Source: the human T2T-CHM13v2.0 reference genome, Homo sapiens. From it: a stretch of DNA of 64,000 nt. The first letter of the stretch is position 1; every line of letters begins with the position of its first letter. Below are positions 39,586 to 55,884 of the stretch, one piece after another. The stretch is taken from assembly GCF_009914755.1 (NCBI RefSeq), contig NC_060925.1; one strand, written 5' to 3'. The notes below the pieces were generated by a model, which was not told the DNA's origin, did not search any database, and saw only the letters and a list, made by a program, of their open reading frames with translations. Position numbers and translations under genes: made by a program.

Positions 39586-40789
39586 TTCTGGTATTTTCTT
39601 TTTTGCCAGATACTATGGTTATGTTAATATTGATTGATTTTCAATTACTGAAATATCTTTGCATTCCTAGAATAAAGCCTACTTGGTCATGGTGTATAGA
39701 TTAAAAAATACATATTACTGAATTCTATTTGCTAATATTTTGTTAAGGATTTTTGCTTCTATATTCATGAGAGATATTGTGTATATAATTTTCTTTTTTC
39801 AAAACTAGGATATTGATTTTATAAAATTAATTAGGAAGTGTTCTCTCCTTTTCTATTTTCTGGAAAAATTGTGTAGAATTGGTGTTAATTTTCTATAATG
39901 TGTTTAATAGAACCTCTAGTGAAATAATCTGTGCCTGGAGATTTCTTCTTTGGAAGGTTTTAAATTATGAATTCAATTTTCATAATAGGTATAGATAATT
40001 CAAATTATCAATTTCATATTGAATAAGTTGTGGTAGTTTGTATTTTTTGAAGAATTGGTCAATTTCACTCAGTTGTCAAATTTATGTATGTAGAGTTAGT
40101 TGTTCATAGTATTTATTATCCTCTTGATGTCTGTAGGGTTTGCAGTGAAATCCCGTTTCATTCCTGATATCGGCAATTTGTGTCATCTCTCTTCTTTCTT
40201 TGTCAATCTTGGTAGAGTTCTGCCAATTTTGTTGATCTTTTTTAAAAAAAGAACCATCTCTTTGTTTCATTTATTTTCCCATCATTGTTCGGTTTTTAAT
40301 TTCTGTTCTTATCTCTATTATTTCTCATCTCCTACTGGCTTTGGGTTTATTTTGCTATTCTCTTTCTAGGTTTTTCAGATGGGAGCTTAGATTATTGATT
40401 TGAGACAGACTTTCTTTTCTAAAGTATACATTTAATGCCATAAATTTCCCCCTCAGTGCAGCTGTAGCTGTGTCTCACAACTTCTGGTGTATGGTATTTT
40501 AATTTTTATTCAGTTCAATGCATTTTAAACAATTTTCCTGGAGACCTCCTTTTTGAACTATGGATTGCTCAAAAGTATGTTGTTTCATTTCCAAGTGCTT
40601 GGAGATTTTCCTGTTATCTCTCCATTATTGATTTTTAGTTTGATTCCATTGTGGTAGGAAGACATGCTCTATATTATTTTAATTCTTTTAAATTCGTTGA
40701 AACTTGTTTTATGGCTCAGGATACAGTCCATTTTGGTATATGTTTCATGGGCATTTGAGAAGAATGTATAATCTGAAGCAGTTGGGTAG

Positions 40790-41404
40790 TGTATTAGTCA
40801 GAGTTCCCCAGAGGGACAGAACCAATAGGATATATATGAAAGGGAGTTTATTAGGGGAATTTGGCTCACATGATAAGAAAGACGAAGTCCCAGGATAGGC
40901 CATCTTCAAGCTGGAGGAGTAGAGAAGCTGGTAAGTATGGCACCCTGGAAAGACAGCTAGTGTGGTTCAGTCCAAGTCCAAAAGCCTCAGAACCAGGGAA
41001 ACCAACAGTTGCAGCTCCAGTCTGAGGCCAAAGGCCTGAGAGCCCCTGGGAGACTACTGGGAAGCTGCTGGTTCAGGCCCCAGAGTCCAAAAACCAAAGA
41101 TCCTGGAGTCTGATGTCCCAGGACTACAGGAGAAAAAAGAATCCTTCTCTGGAAGGGAGAGAGAGAAGAAGCAAGAGCAAGCTGAATATCTCCCTCCTTC
41201 TGCCTGGCATTTTTCTGGCTGCACCCGCAGTGGATTAGATGGTGTTTATCCACATAGAGGACGGGTTTTCCTCTCTCAGTCCACTGACTCACATGTCAGT
41301 CTCCTCTGGAAACACCCTCACAGTTACACCCAGAAACAAGGCTTCACTAGCCCTATAGGTATCCCTCAGTTCGGTCAAGGTGACAGCTAGTATTAATCAT
41401 CACA
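40790..41404 (-). mobile_element. MLT2B-type ERV-L solo LTR
   Basis: TGtattagtcagagttccccagagggacagaaccaatagga..cagtccactgactcacatgt..attaatcatcaCA. Confidence 0.85.
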
Positions 41405-42019
41405 GATGGAGTGTTCTAGAAATGTCAGTTAGATCCTATTGATTGATGGTATGGTTGAGTTCTATATACTTGCTAATTTTCTGTCAAATTGTCCTATTAA
41501 TTGTTGAAAGAGGGGTGTTGAAGTCTTTAATTATAATTGTAGATTTGTCTTTTTCTCTTTTCAGTTCTATCATATTTTACAGCTTCATTGTTTGGTGCAT
41601 TTACATTTAGGGTTGCCATATCTTCTTGGTGAACTGACCTTTTTATCATCATAGAATGTCCCTCTCTGTCTCTGGTAATTATCTTTGCTCTGTAGTCTGT
41701 TTTATCTGATATTAATGTTGTCAGTCCTGCTTTTTGTTTTTTGGGGTCAATGTTTGTGTAGTATATCTTTTTCTATTATTTTACTTTCAACCTGCTTATA
41801 TTATTGTATTAGAAGTGAATGTCTTTAGGCAAGCTGTATTTAGGTCATGGTTTCTAATTTGCCAATCTCTGTCTTATAATTGGTGTATTTAGATCATTTG
41901 TGTTTAAAGTAATTATTGATATGTTAGGACTTAAGTCTGTTGTTTTATGTTTTTGTTTTCTGTTTGTTCTCTCTGCTTTTCTTTTCCCTGTTTGCTCTTT
42001 CCTGCCTTATTGTGGGTAA

Positions 42020-42410
<391 letters not shown>

Positions 42411-42853
42411 TTTGTATAGTTTTTAATGGTTGCTCTAAGTATTACATTTTCTATATATGACTTATTGTAGTCTATATATAGTCTTACAGTCATATTTTGC
42501 CAATTTGTGTGAAGCAAAAAAAATCTTACCTGCCTTTACATCCCTTGCATCTGCCATTTAGAACATACTTGTCTCAAGTATTCCTCTATATACATTAAGA
42601 GTCACACCAAACAATGTTATAGTTTTAGTTTCAACGTCAAACATTATTTAGAAATCTCAAGAGGAGAAGAAAGTTTATTGTATTTACCCATTTTTTTTTT
42701 TTGCTTACTGTCTTCTTTCATCCTTCCTGATGTTTCAAACTTGCTTCTTTTATTGTTTTCTTTCTACGTAGAGAACAACCTTTGGCCACTCTTTTAGGGT
42801 AGGTCTGCTGGTGACAAATCCTCTTAGTTTCCCTTCATCTGACAATGTCTTCA

Positions 42854-43423
<570 letters not shown>

Positions 43424-45459
43424 TTAATCAGCTTCTTGAGTCTGTGTATTTATGTCTCTTGCCAAATTTGGGAATTTTCAGCCATTATTTTTCTGAGTAT
43501 GTTTTCAGTCCTGCCCTCTTTCTCTTTTCTTTCCAGAACTCTGATGACATAAATCTTAGATATTTTGTTATAATCCCACAAGTCTCTGATCCTCTATTCA
43601 TTTTTTCTCAGTCAATTTTCTCTCTTGTAAAGATTAGGAGCTTTGTATTGTTCTAACATCCAGGTCACTGATTCTTTCTCTGCTCTTTCCATTATTCTTT
43701 GAACCCATTCACTGAGCTTTTCATTTCAGTTATTGTGTTTTTCAGTTTTAAATTTTCCGATTATATCCTCTATGGCTGAGGCTTCCTATTTTTTATTTGT
43801 TTCAAGTATGTTCATAATTGCTTGCTGAAGCTCTTAGAAGTTTTTAAATTATGATAAAATACATTCTAACCATTTTAGAAGTGTGTTGTGTAGTTTCCAA
43901 GTACACTTTTTAAAGTGTACAGTTAGTGGCATTAAATACATTCTCACTTTCATGTACTATTGAAGCACTTTTATGATGACTACTTTAACATCTTTGTTGG
44001 GGAATTCTAACACATCTGTCATCCCAGTGTTGACATCTACTGATTGTCTTTTTTTATTCAGTTTGAGATCTTCCTGGCTCTTAGTATGACAGGTGATTTT
44101 CAATGAGAATCTATATAGCTTCATCTGATGTTATGATACTCTGGATCTCATCTAAACCTCCTACATTACCTGGATTTCTCTGACACTCAATTCTGCCTCA
44201 GTATTGCCCGCTGGAGTAGAGAAGTTCAGGTTCCCATTTGGCCTCTGTTGACACCCAAGAGGAGGTGTTTCAAGACTGCCATGTAGGGTGAACATCTAGT
44301 CTCCCCATGTGGTTACCACTGATGCTGTGGGAGAAGAAGGGATTTCACACCAGCCAGTGGGGATTCAAGTCTTAGCTCCTTACTTGGCCTTCTCTGGTAC
44401 TACCCCTGTGGGAGTTTTGGGGCACCTTGTGATAGCCTGGCCAGGGTGAAGTCTAGACTCCCCACTCGGTCTTTGGTGGTGTGAGTGAGGGAGGGTAAGA
44501 CCATGGATGTTTTTTCTATAGTGTTTGGCTGAGGTTGAGTGATTATTAACTAAGTGTTTCCTGTCTTGCGAGGCTGCCGTTTCCTGGCTCTTTGGCTAGA
44601 GAGAACAGGCTTTTGTTGGAACTTCTTTTTGTCCGTGTTCATTGGCATTTCTGGATTTCTGGCTTCTTCAGCACCAATTATGGAATACATGAGGCAAACA
44701 AACTAATTAACAGAAAACTAAAACAATCAAAACAAACCTAGGGATTTTATCACCATGTTATTTGTTAGGTCCTAAGGTCCCTAACTCATCTGCCTTCCTC
44801 TCTCCACCTTTTGAAGTCTTCTTAGGTTTGTCTTATTTGTGTTTACTGTCTTGGGCTTTTAGTTGTACTTAGCAGAAAGAATAAGAATGATGGAGGTCTA
44901 CTTCATCTTTCTGAGACGTCTGCTTACTTTTAACTTTCTGCTCTGCCTAGCTTCAGATTTTGAGGAATTTTTTTAGAGGAAGCCAGGCAGTGGGATAAGC
45001 CCACTTCTCTGCCCTTTCATTCTCATCCAAATAATTGGTCCTTCAAGTGTAAATGAAAAATTCCCAAAACTCTGCCGACCCTCTGTCCCCTGAAGCAGCC
45101 TTTGCCTATGCAGAGCCCAGATTCTCAGTTCATAACTGGTTCCCAGAATCAGCAAATGCCACAAGGGTTAATGTAGCTGCACAAAGTCAGCTCACTTCTA
45201 CATGGGTCCTCCCTCCTTAGAATCTCGGACCCTCTAGTCCCCTTCACTTCAGTGACTCTTTGATGCATGGAAAATAATTTTTAAAATATTTTATCCAGCT
45301 TTCTAAGTTACTTTTGGCAAGAGCATTAATCAGCCCCAAGATACTCATCCTTACTGAAACTGGAAGTCTGCTTCTCAGAATTCATGTGACAGTATTGTAC
45401 GTGAGTGGCTTTATGTCACAAGACCCCTTTCCATTGGCTAACGTATTCCAAGTAGCAAA

Positions 45460-46017
<558 letters not shown>

Positions 46018-46811
46018 TAATATTAATGTTCTAAATAATTGACTTATATCCAGTCAACATGATTTTATTTAACCCACAAATACATGAGTTGATTAACTGT
46101 TTATTTACTAGTGACTCATATTTGTGATTTTATTTCAACAACAAAAAATCTAGATATCAAGCCCCCCTCTCTTCTTATCCTAGAACTGGGAGATAGTCTG
46201 CTTTACAGTCAGCATAAACAGATACAGAAGTTGATAATTTGAAGTAGAAAAAATATTACTTGCTATTATATGAAACAAATATATACTATGTGGAAAGGTT
46301 TAGGTACTTCAAAAGAAATTAAGTAGAACTGAGAAGAGAGAAGGAACTCTGGATTAGAGTAAATCCGTGAAGCTGCTGGTGGGATTGCAGTGGAGAACTA
46401 TTTGGGAGAAGAAGGGAATGTGTATCTTATCTGGAAGTTCTTTTAGTTCTCTGGATTGTATTTGGGACATATATAGCTCTGTTCATAGAAAAAAAAGATG
46501 AATGAGAAAGGGGTAGGTTACTGATTGGGAAAGAAATGCAATGTTAACCAAAAAAAAAAACCAGAGTCTCTCAGTTTCTGTTTTGCTTCTTTCTCCCCTA
46601 TCAATGAGCATGATTTTGAAAATGCGGAAGAATAGAATGATGATTAAGAGTAAATGAAATCCCAGAATAGGCAATACTCCACAAAGGGGACATTAACTTA
46701 GGTATCTGGGTCTAGGATTAACCAAATGAACTGCAAGAACTTGTACTTTCAAACTCAATATTTGGAAACTTAAAGATAAAAAAAAAAAAAAAGAAAGAAA
46801 AAAAGGCTACG

Positions 46812-47300
<489 letters not shown>

Positions 47301-47641
47301 TATGAATCTATAACAATCATATACTAATCACTGAGAGAAGGAGAGAGAAGAAAGTCCTCCATTCACACTATTTGTTGCAGCAAATAATCAATTTCTTATC
47401 TGAAGGTCGTGTAAGAATAATAATCGTTAATCTTGCCCTTCCAATGGGAATATACTTTATGGTAGCCAAATAACTTCAGTTGATAAAGGAAAGCTCTGCT
47501 TGACAGAAGAATGCAGGTAATAAATGCAGAAGGAATGACAGAATTAGGAAGGTCATGGACTTGAAATTTCTCATTGTTAATTAGAAATTAAAATTCCTAT
47601 TTGTTATCAAATAGTATTTAAAAAGGAAAAGTCAGAACAGG

Positions 47642-48080
47642 TGTCTTAATTCGTTTGTATTGCTATAAAGGAATACCTGAGCCAGGATAATGTGTGTGTG
47701 TATGTATATATATGTATGTAAAGAGGTTTATTTGGCCCTCAGTTCTGCAGACTGTACTAGAAGCATGACAGGAGCATCTGCTTCTGGTGAGGACTCAGGG
47801 AGCTTCCACTCATGGCAGAAGGTGAAGAGGAGCCAGAGTGTGCAGAGATCACATGGCCAGACAGGAAGAAAGACAGAGGGGTGGAAGGTGCCAGGCTATT
47901 TCCAACAACCAGCTGTTGCAGAAACTAATGAGAACTCACTCGCCTTGAAGGGAGGGCATTAATCTATTCCCGAGGGATCCGCCCCCATGACCCAAACACC
48001 TCCCATTAGGCCCCACCTCCAACATTGGGGATCAAATTTCAACATGAGATTTGGAGGGGACAAATACCCAAACCATAGCA
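47642..48080 (-). mobile_element. MSTB-type MaLR solo LTR
   Basis: TGtcttaattcgtttgtattgctataaaggaatacctgag..cccaaacacctcccattaggccccacctccaaca..aaaccatagCA. Confidence 0.9.
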
Positions 48081-48129
48081 ATGGGATAGATAAATTTCCT
48101 TGACATTGATCCCCTTCTAAACTCCAAAC

Positions 48130-48460
48130 TGTGCTTTAAAAACAGTATTTTTAGTTTTAAGGGATGTTGATAAATCAAGGCATCCAGAAGAGGTAAACAA
48201 AATGGTCACAGAAAGTGAAGCCAGGCTGGAGAAAAGAAGACTCTGGAGAAAATCAAACCCTACAAGGAGCCCTCATGCAGTGCACAGAATAAATTCACTA
48301 TTTGGTAGCTTCAGAAGGTGGAATAAGGGTGGGATGAAAGACATTTCAGGGAGTCCAAAGTGAAATGCTTCAGTTAGCGTTGGAGAAGAGAGAACTGGAG
48401 TTGGAGGGAGGCAAGGTGCTGAAGTGAGTTGCCAACACCAATTCCTCTGGACTGTGTCCC
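48130..48460 (+). mobile_element. L3/CR1 remnant
   Basis: ttttaagggatgttgataaatc..catccagaagagg..aatggt resembles the L3 ORF2 3' region. Confidence 0.45.
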
Positions 48461-49711
48461 TGAGATGATGATGCAGGGCCTGTGGGAAGTGGGCCAGGGG
48501 CCTGTCATTCTGGTTCTGTGGGTCTTGACCAACCAGCCCCTAGAGTGCTGGGGCTCAGAACACCTCACCTGGCTGTTTGTACCTTGCCCAGTAGGTTGCA
48601 GGCGGGCAGCCCGCTGGGCTCTTTGCCGAGTTGGGTGGTTTGTCTCCATCTGGCTGCTGTGAAATCACATGGGCCTGTTGGCTGCGATTGTTTGCAGGCT
48701 GCCTCCCTGGATGGTGGGGTTCTGTGCTCTGGCTCCTGGGCTCTGACGGCTTTCCAGGGAGCACTGTTTGGCATGGGGTACTCAGGAAACTTCCCAATCA
48801 GATGGAAAGAATAAACACAGATTTCAGCTGACTAGCTCTGCACTTTCTTCGGGGTTCTGAGAAACCAAAGGCAAACACACGTGGTGTGCAGTGGTGTGCC
48901 CTGGAGGGGAAGCCTGTGAGTGGTGCGCACAGCGCAGGTTCCCTCTGCGGGGTGCAGGAGCAGAGGACTGGTGCTGGTGGGCCTTTCTCTGCGTGTCCAG
49001 AACTGTCGGCTTGTGCACGCTAGGCCTGGCAATATGTGTGTGCATGAGTGTGGGCATGCATCTGTGTGTGTGCACGTCAACACACAGGTTGTGCTTTTAG
49101 TATGACATTCTGTGTTTTCATCTAAGTGCTTGAGGGCCCCTGACTTGCCATGGTTTTCCAAATAAAGAAACTTAAATAAACACAGTGGGGCCCCAGAGGC
49201 TGGGATGGGACCATGCTTCTGTAGAATTTCCATGTGCCCTGAGCTATGCTGTTACTCTAATTACTCCTCATTTTAATTCCATTTTGAGGCTTATCAGCCC
49301 TATGCTCTTCTACTTTGGGACTGGGCCAAGGAGGCAGGGGGTAAACTGAGTCCAGGCGATCCCGGAGCCTCCGGGGCCAGCCCTGGGAGCTCGCAGGCCT
49401 TTGCTGGGGCAGCAGGAACTCTGCTTTGCCTATGACATCCTGTGCTTTGGTCTGGGAGATTTCTGTATGAGTCATTTTCAGCTCAGAACACCCTAGCTGT
49501 GGTTAATTACCTGAGGTTTTACTGGACTCCTTCTCCAAGCGTTCATTGTTGTCCGGGCCGCCTCATCATGCCCCCACACGTGTCCTCCTCTGGGGAGGTT
49601 TGGAAAAGAGCCTTTAGCCCAAGTTACTGTGACCTTTGGTACCTGTAGGACACATTTTTATCCCTCTTCCTGATTCTAATCTTACTGAGCCACCAAAACC
49701 TTTTTGTTTGT

Positions 49712-49975
49712 TTTAATAAACTTCTAATTTTAGAATAGTTTTAGATTTACAGAAAAGTTACAAAGTCTCCATGTACCTCCTTACAGTTAACCCTATTAAC
49801 ATCCTTCATCAGTAGAGTACTAATGAGCCCAGATTGATACATTATTATTAACTAAAGTCTATTTTCAGATTCCCTTAGTTTTTACCTCGGGTCCTTACCA
49901 TGTTCCAGTCTTCATCTAGAATACCTCGCTATGTGGAGTTGTCGCATCTCCTGGGCTCCTTTAGCTATAACTGTG
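49712..49975 (-). mobile_element. L1MC/MD-type 3' end
   Basis: ttttagaatagttttagatttacagaaaagtt..gatacattattattaactaaagtc. Confidence 0.75.
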
Positions 49976-50711
49976 ACCAGAAAGATCCCTCTCATCCTCC
50001 TTGTCTCCCTCTACCTTTCTTTTATGATTGTGGTAAAAAAAAAAAAAAAAAAACACATAAAATCAAGATCCATTTTTAAGGTCTGTTGCTGAAATGGCCA
50101 AAATGGCCCCCAAAAAAATATTGCCAGTTGCTGTGAGGTTTCATGAGCAACTGAGGGTATTTGAACCCTTCTTTCTAGAGCAAGAACTCTGACCGCCATC
50201 GCTTTTGTGTACCCAGCGTTATTTAGAACTGAAATCTGCCCCAGAGCCGGAGGAAAGGAGGCACAAACCATCTCAGCCGTGCAATGTTCCTCTGTTGAAA
50301 ATGTCTCTCCATTTTTTTGTGCTAATCCAAATGTGTATTTCATTTAACGTTCAATTTGATCAACCTGTTAGAGAGGGACTGTGGCACCCAGAATTCTTCC
50401 TTCTAGTCTTGATTCCTACAAAAGTGTACAAGAATAGTTTGTACTGCACCATCTTGTGCAGCTCAGTGGCTTGAATCAGGTTGGCTTTTCAATCAAATTG
50501 TAAGGTCCTAGACACCAAGGACCTGCTTTCTAATTTCTTTTATACTCTTTGCAATAGTTTTTTGTTTTATAGATAGGGCAGATAGGGAGCAAAGATAGAG
50601 TGACTTGGCTGCCCAGAAGATGTACTGAAGTCAAACACGAGGATGATGAGTAACACGCACCTGCAGTTCACCAGGCCTGAAGCTGGGGGAAGCGAAGAGG
50701 TACTGGGGTTC

Positions 50712-51197
<486 letters not shown>

Positions 51198-51489
51198 TTA
51201 TATAATGGACGGTCATTTCCAATCAGTTCGAGGTCTCACACCCGTGAAGGCACATCTTCCCTCACCAGGTGATGTACAAAGATTAACAATAGCATGCAAA
51301 CAGATGGGGTGGTTCTGAGCTTTAGATAGAGCTATGTCCTTTGATTGTAGGGCTTTCATTAACTTTTTATCCTTGGTTCAAAATCTGCAAGGATCTTCTG
51401 ATAGGGGTAAATAGGGATGCATGTCTTTCCTTTTCCTTGGCTCCTCTGTGATTTTCATGGCAATGCAATCTACAAAGAGCTCCAACATA

Positions 51490-51660
51490 TACCATTTCAT
51501 TTAATCCCCCAGGAAAAACAAAATCCTATGAGTAGATAGTGTCATTTTCACTTTAGAGAAAAAGAAACCGGACCTCAGATTAAGTTACTAACCCAACAAT
51601 ACTGAGCTGGCCCATAGTGGAGCTGGGATTCCATGAACGTTACCTGACCTAGATCCTCGA
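51490..51660 (-). mobile_element. MIR remnant
   Basis: tttcatttaatcc..cctatgagtag..cattttcac..gaaac..gtggagctgggattc. Confidence 0.55.
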
Positions 51661-51767
51661 CTTGGGCCGCCTGTGCAGATTGCCTTTGTAGACACAACCA
51701 GGTGCTCTGCCTCTCTCTGCTCAGCTCTGTGCGCTCATGCCCATCTCTGCCATTTCCCCTACCAAGG

Positions 51768-52040
51768 GTATGTGTGTACTTATGTAAACATATGTGTAAA
51801 CAGAAGTGTGTGTGCTGTGTGATCTTGTGTGTACATGTGTGTCTGTATGCATGTATTCAGAGTATGAAAAGATGTAAAATATGAGAACACAGGTGCCTGT
51901 GGCATCAGAGTGTGTGTTTGCTTGCATGAGTGTATATGTACGTGTGTTTTTGCATACGTGTGTGTACAACGGTGTGCCTATGTGAGCCCATGTGTAACAC
52001 ACGTTTGTGTGAGCATGTGCATACACATGTATGTGTTTGA
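51768..52040. repeat. Degenerate (TG/TA/CA)n alternating purine-pyrimidine tract
   Basis: Directly visible. Confidence 0.8.
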
Positions 52041-53228
52041 GTACAAGAAGACATGATGCAGAGACACAAACAGCCCAAAGGAGGGCTGAGGCTGCTGCAG
52101 CCTGACAGAGTTTACATCTGACTGCCTTCAGCTCCTGTACGGTGCTGTCCCACTCTCCATCGCGTTTGGAGAGCCGGCATCAGTTCTGGGAGCTCACGGA
52201 GGATTTTACTCCCTCCTCCTTCACTGGGAGGAGCCACGGCCACTGCCCTCCCTGCCTCCCTTCTCAGGTTCGGGGAGAAGGCTCAGAATCTTGGCACATG
52301 ACATAGAATTTGCTAACCCCAAGGCTGTAAGAACAAAACTAACGTGTCATTTGGGGAAACCTCAGTTTGCCCTCTCCAAAGAGAAAGCCTGAAAGACCCC
52401 TGCAAATGTTCAGCCTGGCTCTGGGCTGTTGTCCATACAGTAATGGGATTTTTCTTGGGATACATCAGGAATTGTTCCATGTAAGGTAACACTTTCTCTG
52501 AAATGCCCTCTCCTCCCCAAACCCCAGCCCAACATAATAACCTGATGAGTCCTTAAACGGAGGACCACACACTGGCAGCTTTCAGCAATTTTCCTGGCTA
52601 AATATTGTTCTAGCCAGTGTTAGTTTTGACAGGATTAGTCATGAATCCTAATATAATAGTCCCAGGATCCCTGTTGGTTGGAAAGCCTGTTAAAATATTG
52701 TTTTATTTCCCTGCAGCTCGTAAGCTCATGGAGCCCTGCGAGGCATTTTCACATATAGTGCTTCTTGGCCAATGTGTTTCAGAACATAGCAGCTGACGGG
52801 GTGAGAGGCAGCTGCCTTTCCTGAGTGAATCTTTGCCAGAGAGTGTTTGAAGAAATATCTTTAGGTAGACAAAAGGCTGCCACATAACGTGAGCAGGCTC
52901 AGGGGACACTCCTTGGGTCAGAAGTTGGTGCTGCGGGCTTGGTCAAGGTGTGGCAGCCACTCAGCCCTGACCGTGCTGTCTGTGCCTATGGAGTCTTTGA
53001 TAGACTGGAGCTGGGCAGACCAGAAGGTAAGCACAGCCACAGTGAAGGAAAGCTGTGAGAAGCCAGCTGGTGGGAGCTTCTGGGAGTATGGTCATGTACT
53101 TTAAGACAGTGCCATGAAATATGGGCCACGTGGTTATTCTGAAGGCTTGATCCACGCTTCAAACATGACAGTTGACTCTTCCTTCAGCCAGTAGCTATTG
53201 TCTCTGTTTCATTTCGCTTTTACCGTAT

Positions 53229-53640
53229 TATCTTAGTTCATTCTGCTTTGCTATAAAGGAATACCTGAAGCTGGGAAATTTATACAGAAGAGAGGTTTCT
53301 TTGGCTCATGGTTCTGCAGGCTGTACAAGCATGGCACCAGCATCTGCTCAGCTTCTGGTGAGGTGTCAGGAAGCTTCCCATCATGGTGGAAGGCAAGGGA
53401 ATGTCACATAGTGAGAGAAGGAGCAAGAAAGAGAGGGAGGAGGTGTCAGGATCTTCTAAACAACTAGATCTTGCGAGAGCCCATACAGTGATAACTCATT
53501 AAGTACTATGAGGATAGCACCAAGACAGTAATGAGGGGTCTACTTCCATGACCTAAACACCTCCCACTAGGCCCACCTTTAACATTAGAGGTCACATTTC
53601 GCATGAGATTTGGAGAGGACAAAACATCCAAACCATATCA
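53229..53640 (-). mobile_element. MSTA/B-type MaLR solo LTR
   Basis: ttgctataaaggaatacctga..ggctcatggttctgcaggctgtacaagcatggcaccagcatctgctcagc..aaacatccaaaccatatCA. Confidence 0.9.
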
Positions 53641-53808
53641 CTTGTTATGAAGACTGTAGGGTGGAGTTGGTAGGTGGTTGGACAGCGTGCGGGATCTATG
53701 ACCATTTTGGGTAATATCCCAGGTTATGGTCTCCAGGTTTTACTGAATTTGCTGGAAAAAATTATGCCTTTCATAAACTAATATTAGTGAATACCTACCT
53801 CACGCTCT

Positions 53809-53979
53809 GTTTTTTTCTTTTAAGAGATGGGGTCTTACTATGTTGCCCAGGCTGAAGTATAGTGGCTGCTCAGAGGCATGATCATCTCACACTACAGCCT
53901 TGAACTCCTGGGCTCAAGCGATCCCCCACCTCAGCCTCCCAAGTAGCTGGGACTATAGGCTCCTGCCACCAAGCCCGGG
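53809..53979 (-). mobile_element. FAM (fossil Alu monomer)
   Basis: Single monomer retaining the extra 7SL-derived segment (agtggctgctcagaggcatgatc = decayed GATCGCGCCTGTGAATAGCCACT). Confidence 0.8.
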
Positions 53980-55503
53980 TCCTCTCTATTTTCTTGTAGC
54001 ATGTTATGTGTCTATTTCTAACATGTTAAGCTGATTAAAAAGACCACAAAACAATGAGGCCAAAATTCTGTAAGTTTTGTGTCATTAATATTTTTTCTAA
54101 ATAAAACCCACTCAAGTCTTGTTATTTTCTGAGTTTTCATTTCCAGCCTCTCTTATCCTCTAAGCCTTTCCTCATGTCATCTCAAAAATCTCTTCTTCCA
54201 ATGCTACTCTGACTGTATCATTGCTTGGTTGCTGATTGCCTATCATAATTAGCCAGATTTGTCAGCATGAATGAATGCTCATGTCAGTGTCAGAACAGGC
54301 AATACACATTTGTTAAAGGGACAGATGTGTGAATGGGCGCTGATGTTCTGCATGGGTAAGTCCTTCCGCGTGGCTCACCCCTGTTTCTTTCCCACACTGC
54401 TGCAACAAGCCTGCCTACAGTTTCCTACCCTGGGATGCCTGCACTAGCATGCACACTGGAGGGCAAGCCTTTACTGACTGGAATGTCTGCACCTGACTAT
54501 CTGTGCTAGTGGGATCAATGATGGATTCACCACCCGGCTAAGCTTTCCCTGAGTTACCTGGTTGACGATGTTCACTAATCCCATAGCCCCCAGGGCTTGA
54601 GAGTATCGTTCACAGCAGAGGAGTTTGCATTTCTTTATGTATGTAGTAACATATTATCTTTTATATGCACTTTACCTGCTTCTTCCTTAGAAGGTAGACT
54701 CCTCAGGGCCAGAAATACAGTCCTCTGTTTCTTTTGTCCCTCCTCACAGCCTCTGCCAGTGCTCTGCAGCTCAAAGGTCCCTGATAAGCAGAGTGACTTC
54801 AGCATTGTAATGAACCAGAGCACAGAGAGAGGCTGTGCAAGCAAAGGGTAGGAGCAGCCCTAGAAGAAGGCACACATTCATTCCTCGGGTTGCAGCCTGT
54901 TTACAGAGGGAGAGAATCTCTGCTGCAGTTACCCAGCATCCAGGGGTCCATGCTCTGCCAGCGTCACTCAGCCACGTGAGATGGGGTGATTGGACCAAAG
55001 GAGATACATGGTGTTTTATTTAGTGATGGTGGGGCCATTTCTGTTTTTATTTGTTTTTAACTGGGGTATGTGTGTCAGGACCACACAGCAGCAGGGAGAA
55101 GCTTCCACCTGCTTGGAACAAAAATGGGAAGGCTGCATTTCCAGGCTGCATTTATCTTATGTGTAGTGTAAGCAGCATCGCTGACTGGGAAAGAAAAAAG
55201 GGTAAAGAGCATTATAGATGCCTGATAATTCAGTCCTTAAGAGATGGCTCACTCAATTGCTTGGTTTTGTATTTTCATTTCTTTTCCTGACTGAAAATGG
55301 ATCTGGAGCCTGAGAGCACCTGATGTTGGGCGAGGCCTCTGGGTACGAGGTGGAAGTTCACATTTCTGGATTATGTGTAGTTTCAGAATGCCTTCTATCT
55401 CGGTGTCAGGATAGATGTTAAGATGCAGGAATTCTCATAAATCTTCTCGTTAAAAAGAAGAAAACAACAAAACTTCTCACAGAACATAAAAACCATGTCA
55501 GGT

Positions 55504-55884
<381 letters not shown>

